In this document: positions 14,606-23,900 of the stretch, piece by piece
How the letters are laid out: the number at the start of each line of letters is the position of its first letter
Numbering within the stretch: the stretch's first letter is position 1
IMG/VR virus record: IMGVR_UViG_3300033498_000015
Coordinates: 1 to 25,111 of that record
Direction: 5' to 3' (one strand)
Source of the DNA: a virus
Taxonomy: Duplodnaviria; Caudoviricetes
Length of the DNA: 25,111 nt
Position numbers and translations under genes: made by a program
Notes under the pieces: generated by a model
Told to the model about the DNA's origin: nothing
The model's database searches: none
Seen by the model: the letters and a program-made list of their open reading frames with translations, nothing else

Positions 14606-17236
14606 ATGGATAATTATCAAGAAAACAAAATAAAAAAGATGAAGTCGTTAGTAACAAACACATCATCTATTGTAGTTCCTGGAGTTCCATTCATTCCTGC
14701 TACTCCTGATGTTAAAAAGAATGTAACAGTTTACGAACTACGAGTTGATTATTGGTATAAAAAGCAAGCTCTTTGGTTTATATATAAATATGGATTAACT
14801 AATGCAAGTGTACTTTATCAAGAATATTTGAAGTCTGCGGAAAGTATTCCTCCTGCTGGATATCACCCAACACAGCCTAGAAATGCGAACACACTTGGAA
14901 CATTACTTACTTATATTGGAATAAAGTATGTACCAGTAACTGCTACTGTAACTATTCCTGGTACTAAAGCTATTCAAGGAACTAATCCAATAATATTAAC
15001 CAAGCCTACGGTATGGGAGACTCAAAATATTGAATGGAATGGCTCTGCTAATTCAATAAAGTTTCTATCAGAGAATGAGACTGGAAGTTTTGCGTTTAAC
15101 GCAGTACTTCCAATGACTGGAGTTGCTGCTGGATTATCTGATAATGATTACGCAGTAGATTATAGTGATATAAAGTATGGCTTTTTATTGCAATTTAATG
15201 CCGGTTATATAATACATAACGGAGTTGTAGTACCAAATAAGACGTTTAATTTCTATAACAAAGATGAACGTCTAACTGTGCAAAGATCACTTATTGGAAT
15301 TGAATATTTCATTGAAGATAGATTAATCCATACTGTATATAACACGGTAGATAATAACGTATTTCTTGCACAGTTGTTTGCATCTTGCTCTTTATATACT
15401 GCTACTGATTCAATTAAGAATGCAAACTTAAGCGATTTCTATTACGGAAGATATATAAATTTAGATAATAATAAGATTGTATTTGGTTCTAATAATGAAA
15501 TTCAGCCTTACGATCCAAGCATAACAAATTTTGTCTACATAAAAGATGACAACATAAGTATAAATATTGGATTGAAATCTGTAATTGTTGATGGTACAGA
15601 CGCTAGATTTGACGGAAGACTTGCTCAATTAGCTTCAACGATAACTACAGATGAAGATTCTTCATTGAATATAAACTTTTCACTTCAATCTTCTATTTTA
15701 GATGGAAGTAGTGCAATATTTAATGGAAGACTTTCTCCAATGCGTTCTTTCATTTCTGATTACTCTGATTCAAGTCTTTCAATTTATTTCAGATTGGTTG
15801 GTAATATTCTTGGAGTTTCTGGTGATGTGTTTAATGGAAAACTTGCTCCAATGACATCTTCAATCGCTGACTATTCAATTGATCCTGGTGATTTCGCGTT
15901 TTTTGAAGGATATATGGCTATTAACGGAGTTCTTAATAGTATTGATAGAGAGACTGAAAGTTTAAATACTCCAATAGGATATATAACTGGAAAAATTGTT
16001 GAAGGAAATAAAGCGTATTTAAGCGGCTCTATAGGAAGAATATCAGCTGTAATAGATGAACTATTTATCATTGAAAACAGCACTGTTTGCGAAGGAATAT
16101 TACCTAACGCTTATTCGGTTACAGCGTCAATGGTTAGAACGCCAGTGATAGACGCTAATATCAATTTACCATCATTAACTGGCAAAGCCTCGTTCGGTGC
16201 TTCAGCTGGCAAAACACTTCCAAAGATGACTGGTAGTGCTCATATGACAGTTGCAAGAATGTTCAGTTGCTCAAAAACGTTGAAGCCATTAACAGGTGAA
16301 GCGTCTGTAACAGTCGGCATAGTAATGAGTGTTGAAAAGACACTTCCAAGACTTACAGGATATGCCAAAGTAGCAAAGAATATAAACACTTCTGGTACTC
16401 TTCCACGCATAACAGGTAAAGCAAGTATTGTATCAACAGCAAAGAATAATATAGCAGGTTCTGGCACTCTTCCACGTTTAACTGGTAAAGCATGCTTTGG
16501 AGGCTCTGTTTCAGTGGTATTTAAGCGTTTAGTTCTCAATGCAGCCAGTATAGAGACTGGAACGTTAATAACAGCTAAACACACACTAAAACCGCTAGTT
16601 GGTGGTGGTTCTATAAAGAAGTATGGAACTGCTGAAGCCTCTGGAACATTACCAATGCTTGTAGCGACTAGATATGCTACTGCATCCGGAAGATTACCAA
16701 GATTAAGTGGGTTTGCAGAATCTAAAAAGGCTATTGCGTTTAATACGTCTAACTATACTGGCTATTGTATAAATCTTAAAAATGTCGTTAAATATAAAGA
16801 GCAACAAGCCTTTCAATTAACGCAATTCGATAATTTTGTCTTCAACAGTATACAGCGAGTTGGAAATAAATATTATGGAGTCAACAGCAATGGATTGTAT
16901 GAGATAACTGGTAATACAGATAATGGAAGTACGATTAACTGGCAAATAGTAACGCATTTAAGCGATTTTAAAATAAGGAATTTAAAGACTATACGTTATG
17001 CATACGTCAGAGGAAGAATGACAAATGACTATGAGTTTAACGTGTATTCAGAAGAAGAAATGAGTAACGAACATTCAAAGATATTCTCAAGCTCTTATAA
17101 GGCAACAAACAGCAGAGTAGTGCTTGGTAAGGGTTTAACAGGCTCTTATTACGGGTTTGAAATGATTGGTAGTGGTCCAGTTGAATTAGACCAAATAGAT
17201 ATAGATTACGACATATTAAGTAGAGGGTTAAAATAA
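14606..17236 (+). CDS. Large putative tail/virion protein with two internal repeat regions
   Basis: 876 aa; 37-aa repeats (F[DN]G[RK]L..[LM].S.I) and about 10 [TNR]LPxLTGxA-like repeats; beta-rich C-terminal domain; TAATG overlap with the next gene. Confidence 0.65.
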   Translation: MDNYQENKIKKMKSLVTNTSSIVVPGVPFIPATPDVKKNVTVYELRVDYWYKKQALWFIYKYGLTNASVLYQEYLKSAESIPPAGYHPTQPRNANTLGTLLTYIGIKYVPVTATVTIPGTKAIQGTNPIILTKPTVWETQNIEWNGSANSIKFLSENETGSFAFNAVLPMTGVAAGLSDNDYAVDYSDIKYGFLLQFNAGYIIHNGVVVPNKTFNFYNKDERLTVQRSLIGIEYFIEDRLIHTVYNTVDNNVFLAQLFASCSLYTATDSIKNANLSDFYYGRYINLDNNKIVFGSNNEIQPYDPSITNFVYIKDDNISINIGLKSVIVDGTDARFDGRLAQLASTITTDEDSSLNINFSLQSSILDGSSAIFNGRLSPMRSFISDYSDSSLSIYFRLVGNILGVSGDVFNGKLAPMTSSIADYSIDPGDFAFFEGYMAINGVLNSIDRETESLNTPIGYITGKIVEGNKAYLSGSIGRISAVIDELFIIENSTVCEGILPNAYSVTASMVRTPVIDANINLPSLTGKASFGASAGKTLPKMTGSAHMTVARMFSCSKTLKPLTGEASVTVGIVMSVEKTLPRLTGYAKVAKNINTSGTLPRITGKASIVSTAKNNIAGSGTLPRLTGKACFGGSVSVVFKRLVLNAASIETGTLITAKHTLKPLVGGGSIKKYGTAEASGTLPMLVATRYATASGRLPRLSGFAESKKAIAFNTSNYTGYCINLKNVVKYKEQQAFQLTQFDNFVFNSIQRVGNKYYGVNSNGLYEITGNTDNGSTINWQIVTHLSDFKIRNLKTIRYAYVRGRMTNDYEFNVYSEEEMSNEHSKIFSSSYKATNSRVVLGKGLTGSYYGFEMIGSGPVELDQIDIDYDILSRGLK
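15590..15875 (+). repeat. 111-bp (37-aa) coding tandem repeat, about 2.6 copies
   Basis: TTT(G/A)A(C/T)GGAA(G/A)ACTT(G/T)CTC begins at 15608, 15719 and 15830. Confidence 0.85.
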
Positions 17237-19659
17237 TGACTATAACAGCCGACCAATTATTAACAGAAACACGTATAACAGCGGCAGAGTTAATTGAAGA
17301 CGCTAAAAGAGCAATGGGAGATGCCGAAAGATCATTGCTATCGTTGCAATATTCTCATGCAAATATAGACAGTTTAAGAATAGATGCTCCAGTATTTGGA
17401 AAAGATTTGCTACCAGATGATCCAATGGAAATAGATAAACAATCTTCTATCGGTGATTTTAAGAACATTTCTGATTTAGATACAAAAATAATATTAAACC
17501 ATATAGGTGATGAGTTTGAGGGAAAACTTCCTGAACTATTAGATATAGAAGATCCATTAAATCTATTTAAAGACGGTCCTGAATTAACAGAGGTGGAATT
17601 AACTGCATTCAATAAACCTAATACTCCTAGTAATCTAGAATTAGAGAAGTTTCCTGAAAATAAATTTACAGACAGCTCTGAATATACTTATGCTATTACT
17701 GCTCCAGAGGATCTTATAACAGAGGAAATTCCTGACAATAAGTTTGATGATGATTCTACTTATAGTTTTGCTAGTAATTTTGATACAGAGATTCCTTTTA
17801 AATCGGATTACACTGTTTCTACTGAACTTGACTATCCAGAAATTCCAACAGTATTAAATAATATTGATACTGATTTAATCATTGCAGACTTACCAGAAAG
17901 AATAGAACCTATAAAACCAGTAATAATTATACCTGGATTTTATGAAATTGCACCAATAGATCAAATAGATGAAACGGGTGACTTGAATAAGATGTTATCT
18001 GATGGATTTAATGATTATTCAACTATATTTAAATCTGTTATTCAAGAAAGTGTTGACGGATATTTAATAAAATATAATCCAAAGTTCCATGATCAAATGC
18101 GTTTATTAGAAGATAAAGTAGACAAGTATATAGCTGGTGGTACTGCTATGACTGATGAGGTAGAAGACGCTATATATCAGAAAGCGAAAGATAGAAATTA
18201 TATTGAATATAGAAAGTCGCTTGATTCTGTTAGACGTGAATCTTCTAGAAATGGGTTTATTCTTCCTAATGGGGTAGTACAAGCCTCTTCTATGAATGCT
18301 CGATTTGCATTTCAAGATAGCAATGCAAGAACTTCTGCTGACATAGCAATTAAACACGCGGAATTAGAACAAGCAAATAATCATTTTGCATTAACGTTAA
18401 GCAATAACTTAAGAACGTCGATGTTGTCATCGGGTCTTAATTATGTTGGATCTATTTTATCTGGTCTAGGTCAAGCATTAGACGCTGCTAAAACAATCGT
18501 TTCTTCACGTATTCAATACATCAATTCACAGATTGCAATATATAACGCACGTTTAGAAGCCTACAAAATTAAAGCAACCGTGTACGAAACACGTTTAAGA
18601 GCGGTGACAGCACTTATAGATATATACAAGGCTGAAATAAATGCTTTAGAGGCTTTAACTAACGTTGATCGTGCAAAGATTGAATTAGTAAAAACAAAGG
18701 CTGATGTACTACAAGTAGCTGCTAGTGTCTACAAAACTCAAATGGATGCTGTCAACAGCAAGCTTGAATTAGAACGTTTAAAAATCAGTAATCAAGATTT
18801 AAAAATAAAAGCATTTCAATTAAATCTTGATATTAAAAAATCGAAATGGGATGGATATCTAAACCAAATTAAAGGTGAAGATATGATCCAACGAATCAAA
18901 TTAAGTGATCAAGAGTTGAAATTAAAAGAGTTTCAAACAAATAAAGATCTTGAAATAAAAGGTCGTCAATTAAATCTTGATATTAAAAAGACGGAATGGG
19001 ATGGGTATTTAAACGAATTAAAAGGCGAAGATATCATCCAAAGAATTAAATTGAGCGATCAGGAGTTGAAATTAAAAGAGTTTCAAACAAGTCAGGAACT
19101 TGAGTTAAAGGGTCATCAATTAAACCTTGATATTAAAAAGGCAGAGTGGGATGGTTTCAACAGCAAACTAAAAGTAGAAGAGTTAATAATTTCTTCTGAT
19201 AGAAACAAGCTTGAGGCTAACAAATTAAAAGCAGAGATTTATTCAAAAGAAGTGCAAATTGTTTCAGATAAGTTAAATGCTATCTATAAGCATAACGATC
19301 AGCTACAACAGCAATATAAGAATCAAATATTGAACTTTACAACGCTAATGGATACGGATAAATCGAAATTGTCTATATTAAACGATGTAGACAAACAAAA
19401 GATGGCTATATTAGCATTGGAACTTCAAAAGTATGTTGCTATGTCTGAAATAGAGATGACAAAGACTAAATTAAATATGCAAGTAAATGTAGATAACGTT
19501 AAGAATAAATTTGACGCAACGATTAAAGACGCAGAATTAATGATTAAAAAGGCTGAATCTGTTGCAAAGACTTCTACATCACTTGCAAATATCTATTCTG
19601 GCACTGCGTCTACTGTATCAGCTTCTATTGTTGGAATGATCAGCAAGACTGACGTTTAA
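17236..19659 (+). CDS. Long coiled-coil virion protein (ejection/ruler-like)
   Basis: 807 aa; acidic Pro-rich N-terminal third, then several hundred residues of predicted helix with almost no Pro and internal 50-aa repeats. Confidence 0.6.
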   Translation: MTITADQLLTETRITAAELIEDAKRAMGDAERSLLSLQYSHANIDSLRIDAPVFGKDLLPDDPMEIDKQSSIGDFKNISDLDTKIILNHIGDEFEGKLPELLDIEDPLNLFKDGPELTEVELTAFNKPNTPSNLELEKFPENKFTDSSEYTYAITAPEDLITEEIPDNKFDDDSTYSFASNFDTEIPFKSDYTVSTELDYPEIPTVLNNIDTDLIIADLPERIEPIKPVIIIPGFYEIAPIDQIDETGDLNKMLSDGFNDYSTIFKSVIQESVDGYLIKYNPKFHDQMRLLEDKVDKYIAGGTAMTDEVEDAIYQKAKDRNYIEYRKSLDSVRRESSRNGFILPNGVVQASSMNARFAFQDSNARTSADIAIKHAELEQANNHFALTLSNNLRTSMLSSGLNYVGSILSGLGQALDAAKTIVSSRIQYINSQIAIYNARLEAYKIKATVYETRLRAVTALIDIYKAEINALEALTNVDRAKIELVKTKADVLQVAASVYKTQMDAVNSKLELERLKISNQDLKIKAFQLNLDIKKSKWDGYLNQIKGEDMIQRIKLSDQELKLKEFQTNKDLEIKGRQLNLDIKKTEWDGYLNELKGEDIIQRIKLSDQELKLKEFQTSQELELKGHQLNLDIKKAEWDGFNSKLKVEELIISSDRNKLEANKLKAEIYSKEVQIVSDKLNAIYKHNDQLQQQYKNQILNFTTLMDTDKSKLSILNDVDKQKMAILALELQKYVAMSEIEMTKTKLNMQVNVDNVKNKFDATIKDAELMIKKAESVAKTSTSLANIYSGTASTVSASIVGMISKTDV
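18817..19173 (+). repeat. 150-bp (50-aa) coding tandem repeat, about 2.4 copies
   Basis: CAATTAAA(T/C)CTTGATATTAAAAA at 18817, 18967 and 19117 (QLNLDIKK.[KE]WDG). Confidence 0.9.
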
Positions 19660-19664
19660 ATAGA

Positions 19665-19693
19665 TTGATATTTAATTCTAAATAATATAATAT
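19665..19693 (+). promoter_or_regulatory. Possible sigma70 promoter for ejection-protein genes
   Basis: TTGATA (19665-19670) with TATAAT at 15 bp or TAATAT at 17 bp; very AT-rich, so uncertain. Confidence 0.35.
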
Positions 19694-19719
19694 AAATACT
19701 ATATAACGGGGAAAGAAAA

Positions 19720-20931
19720 ATGGTTACAAACAACAGAAGTATTTGGGATGGCTTAACTGCTGGAAATGGTACAAGTGATAATGCTTATTTAGATAACCTA
19801 GAGAAAGAGAAAAGTTTAAGAAGATCTTGGTATCAAACTAAGACTCCTACAAGTGATGCAGATTTAGCAGCAGCTGAAAAATTAACTAATCAGTCTTTAA
19901 ATGATTTATATAAAACTCCACAGCCTACACAAAATCAACAAAGTGGAATAGCTGCTACTACGACTACGTCAACACAACCAGCACAGAATGTTCAACCGTT
20001 AAAGCCTGTTCCATCTCCACAGTCTATCGGTGCAACAATGCCAGTCTCTAATGATGGTGCAATTAAAAAGAACTCATTAGCCTCTACAAATCCTTCATTG
20101 TCTGCAATGACTAATGAACCTGGAATGTCTTATATAGACGCAACACAATCTCCATTGGCTGGAAGATTAACAAATACGGGTGATGCAAGATCTCTTGCAA
20201 GCATTCCTGGTATACAGAATGGAAAAGTATATAAAACGTTAGATGCTAATGGTAGAGCTGTGTTCAGTGGTACGGATGGTTCAAGTAAATGGCAAGACGG
20301 TAGAACAGAGCAATATAAGCAAGAAGTAGCAGATAGAAATGCTGCTTATACGGATTATATGAATAACTATGCTGCTGAATCAGATCGCATGGCTTTAGAA
20401 AGACAAAACGCAAATCTTATGTCATCTGTAACAGCTGATCGTGGAAATACGACTGCTAGAAATGCGAATATATTAAAAGCAAACACCAGTGCTAATGATA
20501 ATACTAGAACTGCTACTGATTCACAAAGATTGATGGAACAGATCAAAAATAATCAAGCTGTTAATCAAAGAATGATTGAACAGAATGCGGATACTTCAGC
20601 ACGTGGATATCTAGGATTAAGTATTCAACAAGATCGCAATAATAGAGAAGATCAGAAGTATGCTGATTTGGCACCAACAAGAATGTTAGATGACGTATAC
20701 AAAAAGGCTCAAATACATAATTTAGTTAATGGTAAACCAAAAGATCCAAATTGGTACAGAATACCTGGAGATCCATTAAAAGGAACAGAAGATCAGTGGA
20801 TTAACAAAAATGACCAAAGACATCCTACAGAACAATTAGGTGGAGAGAAATCTCCATTCCCAGAAGGATCTGTAAAGTATAAAGGAAATGATAAATACAT
20901 AACAATTAATGGATATTTAGTTAAACAATAA
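19720..20931 (+). CDS. Putative internal virion / ejection protein
   Basis: 403 aa, Gln/Thr/Asn/Ala-rich, largely low-complexity or helical; directly precedes the giant ejection-type gene. Confidence 0.55.
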   Translation: MVTNNRSIWDGLTAGNGTSDNAYLDNLEKEKSLRRSWYQTKTPTSDADLAAAEKLTNQSLNDLYKTPQPTQNQQSGIAATTTTSTQPAQNVQPLKPVPSPQSIGATMPVSNDGAIKKNSLASTNPSLSAMTNEPGMSYIDATQSPLAGRLTNTGDARSLASIPGIQNGKVYKTLDANGRAVFSGTDGSSKWQDGRTEQYKQEVADRNAAYTDYMNNYAAESDRMALERQNANLMSSVTADRGNTTARNANILKANTSANDNTRTATDSQRLMEQIKNNQAVNQRMIEQNADTSARGYLGLSIQQDRNNREDQKYADLAPTRMLDDVYKKAQIHNLVNGKPKDPNWYRIPGDPLKGTEDQWINKNDQRHPTEQLGGEKSPFPEGSVKYKGNDKYITINGYLVKQ

Positions 20932-20942
20932 TTAGGAATAAC

Positions 20943-23900
20943 ATGGCAGATAAACAAATTGACTGGAGTGAATTTACAGATAATCCAACGAATACAGCTA
21001 CACCTAAAAGTACAAAATGGGATCAATATACAGACGCACCAGTAGAACCAAAGAAAAATGGAGTAATTGAAAATCTTGCACAAGGACTTGCTAATACTGG
21101 CAATACCTTTCAAGGAGCTACTCAAAACGCTTTTGGTGGTCTAGCAAGGGCTTTAAAATTTGATGATGCAGCAAATGCATTAGAGAATGTTGGTAATGCT
21201 AATTTGCAAGAAGTATCTAATGACAAGGTAGAGTTGCGTGCAAAACAAGCAGAAAGACAAAGACTTGCTGAGTTAAGTGGTAGTCAGTGGGAAAAGACTA
21301 AAGCAAATGTTGTAAATGCATTATCTGAACCTGTTGATACTGCTGCGTCTCTTGCTGGATATATGGTTCCAGCCGTACTTGCTTCAGCAGCTGCATCAGC
21401 AGTGGCTCCAGTAGCTGCGGTAGGAGCTGGAGCAACGGCTTTAACAAGAGCAGCTGACTTGGCTGCAAAGGCTAGTTATGCGAAACGTGCAGGAGCTTCT
21501 ATTGGAGCACTTCAAGGAATTGGAGATGTTAAACAACAATCAGAACAAGCTGTTAGAGAACGTGCGTTAAAAGAAGGTCTTGGAGATGATGAGGCAAATC
21601 GTCTAGCAAAAGAGGCTTCTGATTACACATGGAAAAATGCTGGTCAAACAGCATTAGCAGGTGCTGCAGGTGCTATAGCTGGATCTAGTGGTCTTGAAAA
21701 ATTAGCAGGTGCTGGATTAGGCAAACTATTTAATAAAGAACTTGCACAAGAATCGGCAAAGTTCGGAGTTAAAGATGTAGGAAAGCTTATTGGCACAGAA
21801 ATGACTACAGAAGGGTTTCAGGGTGGTCAAGCAAAATATGCAAGTAATGTTGCTCAACAAGATGCTGGTTTTAAACAAGATGCTTGGCAAGACGTTCCAA
21901 GTCAGGCTGCATCTGAAGGAATTATTGGAGGTATATTTGCTGGTGGTGCTGGTACAGTTAATCTTGCACGTGGAAATTCTACTCCTACTAGTATTGATCC
22001 AGCAAAAGATGGTCAGACAAATCTTAATCTAGTAAATAAACAAATAGAGCAAGAGAATTTACAAATACAAGAACAGCAAAAACAACAAGATCCATTGCCT
22101 GTTGTAGATCCATTACAAGTAACAGAAACACAACAACAAGTAGACCAACAACAAGTCGATCCATTAACTGGATTGAAATTAAGTGACGAAATGCTTAATA
22201 GAATGGATCAGCAAATCGGTCCATCAAGCAATATAACACGCTCTCCATTAGATGGATTAAACATTGCTGATCAAATAAATAATGATGGCTTGTCATCTCC
22301 AGTAAACGGATATCAATCAAGTGGTATTACGTCTCCATTAACAGAAAATAATGGCTCTACATATTATACTGGAAAAACGATTGCTAATAGTGATGGAACG
22401 TTTACTCAAGAAACAACTACTGATCCAATAAAAGCAAGAAAAGATTTACAAGCAGAACAAGAACGTTATGCAAAAATAGATCAAATACGTGCAGCTAATA
22501 ATAAACCTGGTGTACAAGAACAATTTAATGCAATTGCTTCTAAACCATTAAATGCAAAAACAGCATCTGAAGTTTCTTATAAACTTGGTGCGTTAACAGG
22601 CTTTAAACACGGAATAGATCAAATAGGTGTAGACAAAAGCGGTAATGCTTTATTTAAAGTATATAAAACAGAAATTCCATTAACGGTATCTCCAACAGAG
22701 AATACTCCAACAATTGCACCAGTTAGAAAACCTAAACCAGTAACCACGGAACTTGGAAATGGTGCTACTGCTACGTCTACACAGACTGGTAACGTTACAT
22801 TATCAGATGGTAATGGAAACACTAAAGAAATCACTACTGGTGAGAATAAAGTATTTAGCAATGCAATTGTTACAGCAACTAATAATGCTGCAAAACCAGT
22901 GCATGATACTGTTAATCCACAATCAGAATACGATATTACAAGTGCACCTACAAGCTATGTGGATAATGGTAATAACACGATCCAAGAAAAGATAAACAAC
23001 ACAAAAGATGAAGTTGCTTATATACAACAATGGATAAATAATCCTGGTAATGCAAATGATACAGCTGGTCAACAACAAGCAGCATTAGATCTATCAATGA
23101 GAATGGATCAAATTCAAACACAAGAACAATTATTAGCAGCAGATTCAAATTATGGAAATTCTGGAAATATAAGAAGTGATTCTACTGTTGGAAAATTCAG
23201 TAATCAGACAATGAGAACGGGTGGAGGAGTTGGGTTTGGTTCTACAAGAAGAATGTCAACAGATAATAAACAGCAATCCACAAACGCATTACCAACAAAT
23301 GTAATGAATGACAATGCTAAAAGACGTGTTGCTTCTGTTCTTGACTCGCTTCAATCAGGATTATCAGAACGTTTTTTAAATAACCCAGATATTATAATTA
23401 CCTCTAAGGCTGAACATAATGCGTCTGTCGGTCCTGAAGATCAAGTAGATACCAGTACTACTGGTGGTGCTAAAGGTGGTGTTTATACTGATGATAATGG
23501 TAAATCTAAGTTTGTTATATTCTCAGACAGAATTGATTCCTCAAGCACATTCAACGAGATACTTGGATTAGTTGCACACGAATCCGTTCACTATAAAGGT
23601 CTTGGAATTGGTACAGAATCTCCAGCATTTAAACGTATTTTAGATAACGTAGAACGCTTATCCAAAGTAAAAGATTCAAAGATGCAACAGGCTGTTGAAT
23701 TAGTACCAACTGATACGGATAGGTCTGTGTACGTTGAAGAGATATTAGCGTACTTTATGGAAGCAAATCCAGACGCAATATTGTCAAAGAGTGCTGTGAC
23801 AGAATTCGTTCTTGGTGCGAAGAAATTAATGCGTTCACTGGGATTTAACAACTCTGTTATCGGAAAATGGGCAAACTCATTATCAGAAAAAGAATTAGCG

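Noticed and set aside
11294-17236. Diversity-generating retroelement target (VR/TR pair)
   Set aside because: No pair of about 100-bp repeats differing mainly at adenines and no reverse transcriptase seen; the coding repeats are in-frame tandem duplications.
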